Below, in pieces: positions 25,181-37,500 of a DNA stretch of 64,000 nucleotides. A program made the translations under genes and the position numbers. Numbering within the stretch: position 1 is the stretch's first letter; every line of letters starts with the position of its first letter. The stretch spans positions 62,001 through 126,000 of the forward strand of contig CAXHJY010001158.1 of the NCBI GenBank assembly GCA_964016885.1, written 5' to 3'. The stretch is from Eledone cirrhosa. Taxonomy: Eukaryota. The notes under the pieces are model-generated. The model searched no databases and was not told where the DNA came from. It worked only from the letters and a program-made list of their open reading frames with translations.

Positions 25181-25781
25181 TATTATTTGTTTTATTATAA
25201 TCAAAATATGCTGTTAGTTAGATCTGCATTGTGTACATTTTATATAATTTATGCCAGTTCCTTTTCTACATATCGAACATGGCCATTTCCCTGACGGAAT
25301 AGAGTTTTGTCCTCTTTTCTACTCATCAACACTCATTCGTGACACAAAGTACAGCCAGCGGCATCATTGCGGACAGACTTAATCCTGATTTGCACTGACA
25401 CACTGCCTCGCAATACGGAACACCGCACGTCTTTGATCTTCTTCCCGTCGATCAGCCTCCTTGCCATGCAAAGTACACCTGACGTCTAGCTTCTCTCTTA
25501 GCGGCGGCGGCTGTATATTCTTCTCTACTCCCACTAATTTTCCAAGCATTCCATGCTAGTCTTTAGTCTCCAATGGCCCGATCTACAGTTTCTGTCTCAA
25601 CTCGTCTATGCTTGGTCGTTCCCGCACATTGACATTGCACATCCAACGGAGCATGCTTGCTTCATTTCTCTCCAGCCGTCGCATGTCCTCTGCAGTTGCT
25701 GCCCGTGTCTCACTACCATGCAGCATCGCGCATCTAAACCTGGCCCTTACCCTAACCCCAACCTCTTTGGTTTTCGTTTTC

Positions 25782-26606
25782 TCGACGGCTAGCCGCATTT
25801 CGTGATCCGCCTTTCGATTGCGCTTCCGTCGCGGCAAAAGAATTGCCTTTCCAGACCGGACCGGACCCATGATAGAAGACGTTCGTTACCGTTGGAGCAA
25901 CGCAAAATTACTCCTCGGTTGACGCCATAAACGAACGCCTTCCCGCCTCGCGCCGCCTTCTCCTCGCCGACCCTCGGCCTCGACGATTAGCCACTTTCCG
26001 TCACAGCAGTAGATACGCGTCCGTCGTAATAGCCGTCATTTTAACGCAGGAGAAACGCCTAATTGCCCTGCACCGCGTTTGACGGCGATCTACGACGGCG
26101 ACGATGCGCGCACTCTTCCTTGCTGCGACGAAGGTTTCGGCTTTTCGTCGTGGACCCGGTCAGGTCATGCCGCTGACCTCGCGTTACGGCGACGCGAGAA
26201 GACGTTCGTTACCGCTGGAGCAACGCAAATTACTCCTCGGTTGACGCCAAAAACGAACGCCTCGCGCCGCCGCTTCCTCCTCGGCCTCGACGATTAGCCG
26301 CTTTCCGTCACAGCAGTAGATACGCGTCCGTCGTAATAGCCGTCATTTTAACGCAGGAGAAACGCCTTGACGACGATATACGACGGGTCGACGACGCGCG
26401 CACTCTTTCTGCTGCGACGAAGGTTTTGGCTTTTCGTTGTGGACCCGGTCGGGTCATGCCTCTGACCTCGCGTTGCGTCGCCACCGCCGCGGCGGGCTTG
26501 GGTTTAGCCGTAGCTACCCTCGTTTTGCCAACGGCGACGCGAGAAGACGTTCGTTACCGCTGGAGCAACGCAAATTACTCCTCGGATGAGGCCAAAAACG
26601 AACGCT
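25782..26606 (+). repeat. Orphan IGS/ETS-like block
   Basis: Homologous to the 172-bp subrepeat and leader at 32950-34411, with three copies of GAAGACGTTCGTTACCG.TGGAGCAACGCAAATTACTCCTCGG; no 18S follows. Copy B at ~58799-59631. Confidence 0.8.
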
Positions 26607-26684
26607 GAAGAGATATTGTCCATGGATATCGGGAATTTTACCCGCCCTAGATAGATAGATAGATAGGGATGTATGTATGTATGT

Positions 26685-26734
<50 letters not shown>

Positions 26735-27113
26735 GTATGTATCTTTCTCATTCTCTCTGTATGTATGTATGTATGTATATATATATAATTATATATTTAT
26801 AGACATCCTGAAAGCTTTTTAAATGTCTGAGAGATTGGCTAAATATGTTTTGCAGGTATGACCAGTAAGAGAGAGGTAAGTTATTTCAAAACAATTCTTT
26901 GACCATTATTTTAAGGTACTATCTCAGTGTATTTTTAAATTGACCTCTTGATAGGATGAAATGACCTGTATAATTTTTTTCATATTTAGATGGAATAGAA
27001 GAAAAACAAGAAAAATGAAATGAATTCAAACAGAAAATATACACCAATGCCAATGGAGGTATGATTTCAGTTTAATCTTAACCTAATGACCACTTTACAG
27101 AGTGTACTGGATA

Positions 27114-27196
<83 letters not shown>

Positions 27197-27639
27197 AGGA
27201 AGCTCCAACCGTTAAGGTTGTCTTTCCATTTATTAATATATTGTGTATTTACTCCACTAAACTGTTGAGTGCTTTATATCAGTTATAAAAAAATTTCAGC
27301 TTGTTGAATCCCAAAATAGTTGTTGAAACAGCCACAGCTCAGCCGTCGGGGTCCTGAATATTTATCATATATATATACGTATGAGTGTGTGTGTTTTGAG
27401 AATTAATAATTATATAAACAAGTTTGTAATGAACAATTTATTTCTTATCAAAACTGTATAAACATGATATTATTTACAGTAAGAATAACAATAATAATGA
27501 TGGTTTCTAGTAAAGGTGGAAGGCCAGTAATTTGGGGGAGGGGAAAGTTGATTAAATCGAAGAGAGAAAGAAAGAAGAAACAGAACGGGAAGGAGAGGGG
27601 ATGGCAAGAGGTCCGGTGTCGCAGGAGAGAGGGGAGGGT

Positions 27640-28140
27640 GGTTGAGCTTTGAGTCTAGGGCAAGAGGGCAGAAATGCTGCGCCCCACGGATAAGACGGCA
27701 AAAATATTCTCGCGGACGATGGCCAGAGATACCCAATGCAACAACCACCCAACCTCGCGGTGTTCCCTCCTCAGATGGGCTGCTGACTCTCCGATCTTTT
27801 GGAGGAGCTCGGCAGTACAAGGTCCAAGTACTCCTGGGGTCTCGACGTTGACTGGTGCAGAGAGGAAGTGGCCGGACAATCCTCGGTATTTGTTTATTTT
27901 ACGTTCTTCTGCGAGGTGGGCTGCGATGCCGGGGTTTGTGACCGAAACGACTTGGAAACGAAGTTGTAGGCGGAGATTGTGTCGTAGCTGGTGGTGTCCC
28001 AGATGAGGGACCTACGTCCTTCGAATGGGAAGAGAGTGATTCCGTCGGGGCGCTTGCCATCTCCGGGACCTGTTGGCCCCAGTTGTGATGGGAAGCCAGC
28101 TGCGTCCAGGCTTCTTCTCAATATGTCGTTGACAACGACG
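27640..28140 (-). mobile_element. CRE-like non-LTR retrotransposon 3' fragment (RLE domain)
   Basis: DGKRPDGITLFP...SLIWDTT..DT, then frameshifted VETPGVLG...IGE......E.REVGWL...SLAIVREN; copy B at ~60661-61161. Confidence 0.75.
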
Positions 28141-28439
28141 TGTATCTATTCAATAATTATTTGAATATTGAAATTTTAGGTTTAACTACCTTTTAAACCA
28201 AATACATTAAGAAAGGCATGACCAACACCACATCATTTTTATTTCTATTTTGAAAGTAGGTTTATAAGTATTAAATTTCAGTAGATTCTTATATCCTTCA
28301 TGGTGGTCTGGTGGGAGATACGAGAGATGGTGGAGGTTCTGGTCTGGGGTTCAATCCTGCTCAGGAGATACTCTAAGGGGGTTCATACTAAACTTCTTCA
28401 GTGTTTCTTATCTCTAGAGACAAATATATATACATAAGG

Positions 28440-28575
28440 TAATCTGGTAAAGTTGTTAGAACATCACATAGAATTCTTTGTAGTATTTTTTCCAGTTCTT
28501 CAATCTGAGTTCAACTTTACTTTTCTTCCATTCGGGGTTGATAATAACGTACCAGTCAAATACTAGGGGTTAATT
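28440..28575 (+). mobile_element. Degenerate SINE
   Basis: CTGAGTTCAACTTTACTTTTC..CCATTCGGGGTTGATAA...GTACCAGT resembles the SINE core. Confidence 0.55.
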
Positions 28576-28687
28576 CTTCCTCTATATCTCTTTCTCACTC
28601 TCTGTCTGTTTTATTAAGACCTGGAGAGGTGATGTACTCTACCAGGTTTTATAATGAGTGATGGGGTCATACCTGCCTGCTACACCT

Positions 28688-29222
28688 CTGTGTACTAAGT
28701 GTAGCATATTATATCCTTGTTCAGGGCCTTCCTGACATTACTGTGTACTAAGGGTAGCATTTTATATCCTTGTTCAGGGCCATCTTAACATTGCTGTGTA
28801 CTAAGTGTAGCATATTATATCCTTGTTCGGGGCCTTCCTGACATTAGTGTGTACTGAGTGTAGATTTTAACATCCTTGTTCTGGGCCTTCCTAACATTAC
28901 TGTGTACTGAGTGTAGATTTTAACATCTTTGTTCAGGGCCTTCCTAACATTGCTGTGTACTAGGTGTAGCATATTATATCCTTGTTCAGGGCCCTCCTGA
29001 CATTACTGTGTACTAAGTGTAGATTTTGATATCCTTGTTCAGGGCCATCCTAACATTACTGTGTACTAAGAGTAGCATTATATATCCTTGTTCAGGGCCT
29101 TCCTAACATTACTGTGTACTAAATGTAGATTTGGATATCCTTGTTCAGAGCCTTCCTTACATTACTGTGTACTAAGTGTAGCATTTCATATACTTGTTCT
29201 GGGCCTTCCTAACGTTACTGTG
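28688..29222 (+). repeat. 53-bp minisatellite (about 10 units)
   Basis: Unit CTGTGTACTAAGTGTAGCATATTATATCCTTGTTCAGGGCCTTCCTAACATTA; copy B (~61709-62031) is 212 bp (4 units) shorter. Confidence 0.9.
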
Positions 29223-30000
29223 GAAATAGTAGTTTATATCCAATATGTAATATAGATATGGATTCTACAGGACTAAAACTCATTAATATGAGGGGTATTA
29301 GTAGATTATATGCCATATTTAATAGAGAAATGGCTTCTACAAGACTAAAACTCATTAATATGAGGGGTATTACAGTTTATATGCCATATTTAATACAGAA
29401 ATGGCTTCTAAAGGACTAGAACTCTTTAAATTGAATAAAATAGTAGTATATATCCTATGTTTAATACAGAAATGCCTTCTAAAGGACTCATTAATATGAG
29501 GGTATTAGTAGATTATATAACATATTTAATACAGAAATGGCTTTTAAATTCAGGGACTCGTTAATTTGATGGAAATAGTAGTGTCTATGCAATATTTAAT
29601 ACAGAAATAGCTTCTACAGGACTAAAACTAATTAATATGAGGGGTATTAGTAGTATATGTGCCATATTTAATACAGAGATGGCTTCTAAATGGAGGTATC
29701 TCATTAATTCGATTGAAATGGTAGTGTATATGCAATATTTAATACAGAAATAGCTTCTACAAGAATAAAACTCATTAATATGAAGGTTATTATTACATTA
29801 TATGCCATATTTAATACAGAAATCGGTTCTAAAGGACTAGAACTCTTTAATTCAAATCAAATAGTAGTATAAAGCAATATTTACTACAGAAATGGCTTCT
29901 ACAAGACTAAAAATCCTTAATATGAGGGGTATTGTTAGATTATATACCATATTTAATACAGAAATGGCTTCTAAATGAAGAAATCTCTTTAATTCGATAG
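29223..30000 (+). repeat. Diverged AT-rich ~70-bp tandem repeat
   Basis: Recurrent ATTTAATACAGAAATGGCTTCTA; copy B at ~62032-62810. Confidence 0.85.
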
Positions 30001-30653
30001 TAATAGTAATAATAATAATAGTAATAGTAATAATACAGCCAATTTTCCACGCAATACTTTTAGTTAGCACCCCGAACGCATAATTGGGAATATAATCACT
30101 TATTTCCTAATGTTTGTTGAGTGAGTTGGGAAAAAAAACTTGGGAAATATATTTTCAGGGTCTCAAAATCTTAAAGAGAAAAAAAAGTCCTGTGGAAGGT
30201 AGCAAAACAATTAGGAAGAAAATGGTTTGAAGTTGGTTGGTGAGTATAAGATTACAGTATCTTGTTGATTTCTATAAAGTTTACTTTTAACTGAATTGGT
30301 AAAAATGGATAAATTAGAAGACACAATATAATAACTAATATTGTCTTCTAAAACAGGGAATAAAAATATGTTGGTGTATTGGGGGGGGGGGGGGTAAACA
30401 TGTGAGTTAATGGGAATGTTTTTGTTTGTTTTTATTGAAACATATTCAATCTACAGATAGGTTGTTATAGTTATTTAGTCTCGGGTCTGCCATTATCTGC
30501 AGATTTATAATTGAGGGGTGTTCCAGGTGTGACCACCCTACATTATTCCTAGAGATTGTTACTCCTTCATTCTTCAGTCATCTTGGTCTTCTTATGAGAT
30601 GGTGGTGTAGTCTTATTTATTGTTAAGGTTATGGTCTTCCTTTGTCCACACTC

Positions 30654-30691
<38 letters not shown>

Positions 30692-30879
30692 AAAGGCTTC
30701 CTTCTCTGGAAAAAGATGATTTAATATTCACAACCATCTGTCTAATTGTTTTCTGATGAGAATAAAGTTAATCTTGCTTGTATGTCTACCTGATCAAATG
30801 ACTGGCTGATATCTTGAAGTCATTTACACCACAGAACTGTAGGAGTCTTGATCCCTCAAGCCATACCTCTAGCCATCAT

Positions 30880-31730
30880 GTACTCCAAAAGAGTCTCACC
30901 TTGGTGCTACTCAACATGTCCATTAAATTTAGCAGCAAGGATGCCCTCTTCTTAGTGAGAGACAACTACAAGAGAGGTTCTTAGAGAAGAATAAGCCACT
31001 ATAGTTAACTTTTGTTGACATAGAGAACCCCGATCTGTCATTCTGGTGGTCCTTAAGGAAACTAGGTGTAGGGGAATGGCTTGTGAGGACAGTGCAAGCT
31101 ATGTACAAGGGTGCTGTCAGTAAAGTGAGAGGAGGAATTCCAGAAACAAAGTAGGTGTACATCAGGGTTCGGTCCTCAGTCCGCTCTTGTTCATTATAGT
31201 CCTCCCTCCCTCCCTCCCTCCCTCCCTCCCTCCCTCCAAGCCATAACAGAGGAGGAGTAGTTTAAGACTGGATGCCCATGGGAACTTCTCTATGCTGACG
31301 ATCTGGTTCTTATAGCAGAATCAGTAGAGGAGCTAGCTAGAGAATAAATTCTGGCTATGGAAACAGCAGTAGTTGGAATCAAGAAGACTGAGAGTGAACC
31401 TAGCTAAGACAAAAGTGTTTATAAGTAGAAGAGAGGACAAAACTCTGATTCTGTCAGGGAAATGGCCATGTTCGATATGTAGGAAAGGAGTTGGCATAAA
31501 TTCTATGAAATGTAGTACGCAATGCAGATCTTGGCTACACAAGAGATGTAGTGGGATAGCAGGAAAACTGACTGACAGGTAGGGAGAAATACGTATGCAG
31601 TAGATGTACAGGGAAATTTGACAGAGATTGCAGTGATAGACACATTTTTCAAATGCAGGTGGGATCTATAGAGGGAGTTGATAGCTTCTGATACCTAGGT
31701 GATCAGATTAGTAAGGGAGGAGGGTGATAT
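30880..31730 (+). mobile_element. Decayed RTE-clade LINE (RT core plus Cys motif)
   Basis: GVHQGSVLSPLLF and YADDL motifs, then VNLAKTK..GKWPCSICRKGVG.NS..C..C..W.HKRC; copy B at ~63695-64000. Confidence 0.85.
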
Positions 31731-32059
31731 AAAATATATTGTTATCATGACTGTCTTTATTATTTAAATTACCTCTGTCTATTTACAGATTTTACAGAGT
31801 GTACTGGGTGCTTTTATGATGGGAGCAGCAACTCTATACGATTTTACAGAGTGTACTTGGTGCTTTTATCATGGCACATGGCAGCAGCAGCAGCAGCAGC
31901 AACTACGATTTTACAGAGTGTACTTGGTGCTTTTTACTCTGACATCAGCACTGAGGAAGTTGTCATATTTTCAGCTAAATTAATGAGTAGAAAAACCAAG
32001 TTTCTGCTACAAAAAATTCTCAGATTCAAGGGAGACATTCAGTTTAAGTATGGTATACT

Positions 32060-32240
32060 GTCACTAAGGCAGCAAATTGGCAGAGTCGCTAGAATATCAG
32101 ATAGCATTCTTTACATTATTTGTTTCAGCTCTCTGTTCTCTCAATTCAAATCCTGCTCAGGTCAACTTTGCCTTTCATCCATACAAAATAGATTAATAAA
32201 AGTACCAGTGTATTACTGGGGTCAATTCTTCTTCTAACTC
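32060..32240 (+). mobile_element. Degenerate SINE
   Basis: TTCAAATCC..GGTCAACTTTGCCTTTCATCC..AAGTACCAGTG..TACTGGGGTCAAT. Confidence 0.65.
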
Positions 32241-32258
32241 TTCTGCACTTCCATTCTC

Positions 32259-32299
<41 letters not shown>

Positions 32300-32858
32300 G
32301 CTTCTTTAGAACACATCTGCTGTATTCAGACCTGGAGCGGAGATGGGCTCCACCAAGTTTTAAAAATTGCCCTTTAAGCGCTGTATGTCAATATGGTGCC
32401 CCTATGATTCCCTCCCTCAGGAGTTATGGGACCATAGATACTGTCAATTGTAAAGAATAACAGAGATATTCAGTGCTAGTGTGGTGTTCTGTCAGTTGTG
32501 GAGATTGATGAATCTAAACAGAAATATCAACAGCACTTTTCATTTCTGAGTAACACATTTGTTACCAAGTGCTGCATGGCTGGAATGAAAATCAGTGCTG
32601 TGAAAACCAAGACATTCATCCTCTCAAGGAAGCTTGTGCAGTGCACTCTACATGTAAATGGAGTCCCACTGAAGCAGGTAGAAAAGTTCATGTATCTCGA
32701 AGCTGTGTTCACGAGTGATGACAGAGACGGCAAAGGCACAACACACAACAGAAGAAAAGAACAATGACAATTATTATTATTATTATTATTATTATTTGTT
32801 TTATTAGTTTTATTATAATAAAAATTGTGCTGTTAGTTTGCTTGCTATACCATCATGT

Positions 32859-32952
32859 ACCCTAACCCTAAACCTAACCCCAACTCCAACTCTGACCCTA
32901 AACCTAACCCCAACCCTAACCCCAACCCTAACCCTAACCCTAACCCTAACCC
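32859..32952 (+). repeat. Interstitial telomeric repeat (CCCTAA)n with variants
   Basis: Degenerate, then perfect, CCCTAA hexamers fused directly to the first 172-bp subrepeat. Confidence 0.85.
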
Positions 32953-34053
32953 ACGATAGAAGACGTTCGTTACCGCTGGAGCAACGCAAATTACTCCTCG
33001 GTTGACGCCAAAAACGAACGCCTTCTCGACGGCTAGCCGCATTTCGTGATCCGCCTTTCGATTGCGCTTCCGTCGCGGAAAAAGAATTGCCTTTATAGGC
33101 CGCCGCCGCCGCCCGACCGGACCCACGATAGAAGACGTTCGTTACCGCTGGAGCAACGCAAATTACTCCTCGGTTGACGCCAAAAACGAACGCCTTCTCG
33201 ACGGCTAGCCGCATTTCGTGATCCGCCTTTCGATTGCGCTTCCGTCGCGGAAAAAGAATTGCCTTTATAGGCCGCCGCCGCCCGACCGGACCCACGATAG
33301 AAGACGTTCGTTACCGCTGGAGCAACGCAAATTACTCCTCGGTTGACGCCAAAAACGAACGCCTTCTCGACGGCTAGCCGCATTTCGTGATCCGCCTTTC
33401 GATTGCGCTTCCGTCGCGGAAAAAGAATTGCCTTTATAGGCCGCCGCCGCCGCCCGACCGGACCCACGATAGAAGACGTTCGTTACCGCTGGAGCAACGC
33501 AAATTACTCCTCGGTTGACGCCAAAAACGAACGCCTTCTCGACGGCTAGCCGCATTTCGTGATCCGCCTTTCGATTGCGCTTCCGTCGCGGAAAAAGAAT
33601 TGCCTTTATAGGCCGCCGCCGCCGCCCGACCGGACCCACGATAGAAGACGTTCGTTACCGCTGGAGCAACGCAAATTACTCCTCGGTTGACGCCAAAAAC
33701 GAACGCCTTCTCGACGGCTAGCCGCATTTCGTGATCCGCCTTTCGATTGCGCTTCCGTCGCGGAAAAAGAATTGCCTTTATAGGCCGCCGCCGCCGCCCG
33801 ACCGGACCCACGATAGAAGACGTTCGTTACCGCTGGAGCAACGCAAATTACTCCTCGGTTGACGCCAAAAACGAACGCCTTCTCGACGGCTAGCCGCATT
33901 TCGTGATCCGCCTTTCGATTGCGCTTCCGTCGCGGAAAAAGAATTGCCTTTATAGGCCGCCGCCGCCGCCCGACCGGACCCACGATAGAAGACGTTCGTT
34001 ACCGCTGGAGCAACGCAAATTACTCCTCGGTTGACGCCAAAAACGAACGCCTT
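32950..34053 (+). promoter_or_regulatory. 172-bp IGS-like subrepeat array (6 full units plus 1 partial); candidate Pol I spacer promoters/enhancers
   Basis: Units start at about 32950, 33122, 33291, 33463, 33635, 33807 and 33979. Each full unit has TTTATAGGCCG; the array ends ~360 bp before the 18S start. The repeat is seen directly; the promoter role is inferred. Confidence 0.55.
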
Positions 34054-34411
34054 CCGGTTCGGGCGACGTAAAAGTCTGTAGCCTTTTCGCCGATCCTCGA
34101 CGATTATCCGCCTTCCGAACAACCGCCTTTCCGCCGTCACAGCAGTAGGTACTCGTCCGTCGTAATAGCCGTCATTTTAATGCAGGAGAAACGCCTAAAT
34201 GCACTGCGATTAACGACGATCTACGACGCGCTTACTCTTCCTTGCTGCGACGAAGGTTTCGTTCGGCTTTTCGTCGTGGACCCGGTCAGGTCATGCCGCT
34301 GATCTCGCGTTGCGTCGTTACCGCTGGAGCAACGCAAATTACTCCTCGTTTAACGCCAACATCGAACGCGCTTCGGTTCTCGGTCGTCGTTGTTTTGTTT
34401 CGTGCGGAAGA
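34054..34411 (+). other. 5'-ETS-like leader
   Basis: CpG-rich segment between the subrepeats and the 18S 5' end; carries another copy of the subrepeat core at ~34316-34350. Confidence 0.55.
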
Positions 34412-34597
34412 TACCTGGGTGATCCTGCCAGTAGTCATATGCTTGTCTCAAAGCTTAAGCCATGCAAGTGGAAGTTCATGCCGTAAACGAAAATGGTGAA
34501 ACCGCGAATGGCTCAGGAACCGGATCTAATCCTCGGGACCGTATTCCTCACCGCGAGGAGAGGATAACTGTGGCAATTCTAGAGCTAATACATGCAA
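34412..34597 (+). pseudogene. 18S rRNA 5' fragment (about nt 1-185)
   Basis: TACCTGGGTGATCCTGCCAGTAGTCATATGCTTGTCTCAAAG.TTAAGCCATGCA ... GTGAAACCGCGAATGGCTCA ... GGATAACTGTGGCAATTCTAGAGCTAATACATGC matches the canonical eukaryotic SSU start. Confidence 0.93.
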
Positions 34598-37500
34598 TTG
34601 AGATCGGAGAGGGAGCGATCCGTCTGCTTGATTCCGATAACGAACGAGACATTCGTATCCGAAAGAACGTTTGTCTGGAAACTGGTGCAGTCAGTGAGTC
34701 GAAAAAAAAATATCTCGGTGGTAGTAGCAAATATTCGAACGAGACATTCGTATGCGAAAGAACGTTTGTCGGTGGTAGTAGCAAATATTCGAACGAGACA
34801 TTCGTATGCGAAAGAACGTTTGTCTGGAAGTGGCGATCCATGCCCGGTGGATAGTTGGTTCCGGGTTTTACTATGATTGTTGCAAAACAAAAACTTAAAG
34901 GGATTGACAGAATTTGCGATTCCGGAGAGAGGGCGATCCGTCTGCTTGATTCCGATAACGAACGAGACATTCGTATCCGAAAGAACGTTTGTCTGGAAAC
35001 TGGTGAGTCAGTGAGTCGAAAAAAAAATATCTCGGTGGTAGTAGCAAATATTCGAACGAGACATTCGTATGCGAAAGAACGTTTGTCGGTGGTAGTAGCA
35101 AATATTCGAACGAGACATTCGTATGCGAAAGAACGTTTGTCTGGAAGTGGCGATCCATGCCCGGTGGATAGTTGGTTCCGGGTTTTACTATGATTGTTGC
35201 AAAACAGAAACTTAAAGGGATTGACAGAATTTGCGATTACGGAGAGGGGGCGATCCGTCTGCTTGATTCCGATAACGAACGAGACATTCGTATCCGAAAG
35301 AACGTTTGTCTGGAAACTGGTGAGTCAGTGAGTCGAAAAAAAAATATCTCGGTGGTAGTGGCAAATATTCGAACGAGACATTCGTATGCGAAAGAACGTT
35401 TGTCGGTGGTAGTAGCAAATATTCGAACGAGACATTCGTATGCGAAAGAACGTTTGTCTGGAAGTGGCGATCCATGCCCGGTGGATAGTTGGTTCCGGGT
35501 TTTACTATGATTGTTGCAAAACAGAAACTTAAAGGGATTGACAGAATTTGCGATTCCGGAGAGGGGGCGATCCGTCTGCTTGATTCCGATAACGAACGAG
35601 ACATTCGTATCCGAAAGAACGTTTGTCTGGAAACTGGTGAGTCAGTGAGTCGAAAAAAAAAATATCTCGGTGGTAGTAGCAAATATTCGAACGAGACATT
35701 CGTATGCGAAAGAACGTTTGTCGGTGGTAGTAGCAAATATTCGAACGAGACATTCGTATGCGAAAGAACGTTTGTCGGTGGTAGTAGCAAATATTCGAAC
35801 GAGACATTCGTATGCGAAAGAACGTTTGTCGGTGGTAGTAGCAAATATTCGAACGAGACATTCGTATGCGAAAGAACGTTTGTCTGGAAGTGGCGATCCA
35901 TGCTCGGTGGATAGTTGGTTCCGGGTTTTACTATGATTGTTGCAAAACAGAAACTTAAAGGGATTGACAGAATTTGCGATTCCGGAGAGGGGGCGATCCG
36001 TCTGCTTGATTCCGATAACGAACGAGACATTCGTATCCGAAAGAACGTTTGTCTGGAAACTGGTGAGTCAGTGAGTCGAAAAAAAAATATCTCGGTGGTA
36101 GTAGCAAATATTCGAACGAGACATTCGTATGCGAAAGAACGTTTGTCGGTGGTAGTAGCAAATATTCGAACGAGACATTCGTATGCGAAAGAACGTTTGT
36201 CTGGAAGTGGCGATCCATGCCCGGTGGATAGTTGGTTCCGGGTTTTACTATGATTGTTGCAAAACAAAAACTTAAAGGGATTGACAGAATTTGCGATTCC
36301 GGAGAGAGGGCGATCCGTCTGCTTGATTCCGATAACGAACGAGACATTCGTATCCGAAAGAACGTTTGTCTGGAAACTGGTGAGTCAGTGAGTCGAAAAA
36401 AAAAATATCTCGGTGGTAGTAGCAAATATTCGAACGAGACATTCGTATGCGAAAGAACGTTTGTCGGTGGTAGTAGCAAATATTCGAACGAGACATTCGT
36501 ATGCGAAAGAACGTTTGTCTGGAAGTGGCGATCCATGCTCGGTGGATAGTTGGTTCCGGGTTTTACTATGATTGTTGCAATACAGAAACTTAAAGGGATT
36601 GACAGAATTTGCGATTCCGGAGAGGGGGCGATCCGTCTGCTTGATTCCGATAACGAACGAGACATTCGTATCCGAAAGAACGTTTGTCTGGAAACTGGTG
36701 AGTCAGTGAGTCGAAAAAAAAATATCTCGGTGGTAGTAGCAAATATTCGAACGAGACATTCGTATGCGAAAGAACGTTTGTCGGTGGTAGTAGCAAATAT
36801 TCGAACGAGACATTCGTATGCGAAAGAACGTTTGTCTGGAAGTGGCGATCCATGCCCGGTGGATGGTTGGTTCCGGGTTTTACTATGATTGTTGCAAAAC
36901 AGAAACTTAAAGGGATTGACAGAATTTGCGATTCCGGAGAGGGGGCGATCCGTCTGCTTGATTCCGATAACGAACGAGACATTCGTATCCGAAAGAACGT
37001 TTGTCTGGAAACTGGTGAGTCGAAAAAAAAATATCTCGGTGGTAGTAGCAAATATTCGTATGCGAAAGAAAAGATCTCGGTGGTAGTAGCAAATATTCGA
37101 ACGAGACATTCGTAGGCGAAAGAAAAATATCTCGGTGGTAGTAGCAAATATTCGAACGAGACATTCGTATGCGAAAGAACGTTTGTCGGTGGTAGTAGCA
37201 AATATTCGAACGAGACATTCGTATGCGAAAGAACGTTTGTCGGTGGTAGTAGCAAATATTCGAACGAGACATTCGTATGCGAAAGAACGTTTGTCTGGAA
37301 GTGGCGATCCATGCCCGGTGGATAGTTGGTTCCGGGTTTTACTATGATTGTTGCAAAACAGAAACTTAAAGGGATTGACAGAATTTGCGATTCCGGAGAG
37401 AGGGCGATCCGTCTGCTTGATTCCGATAACGAACGAGACATTCGTATCCGAAAGAACGTTTGTCTGGAAACTGGTGCAGTCAGTGAGTCGAAAAAAAAAT

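Noticed and set aside
32813-34140. Overlapping 120-160 aa minus-strand ORFs
   Set aside because: Products of the GC-rich 172-bp repeat; the unit length is not a multiple of three.
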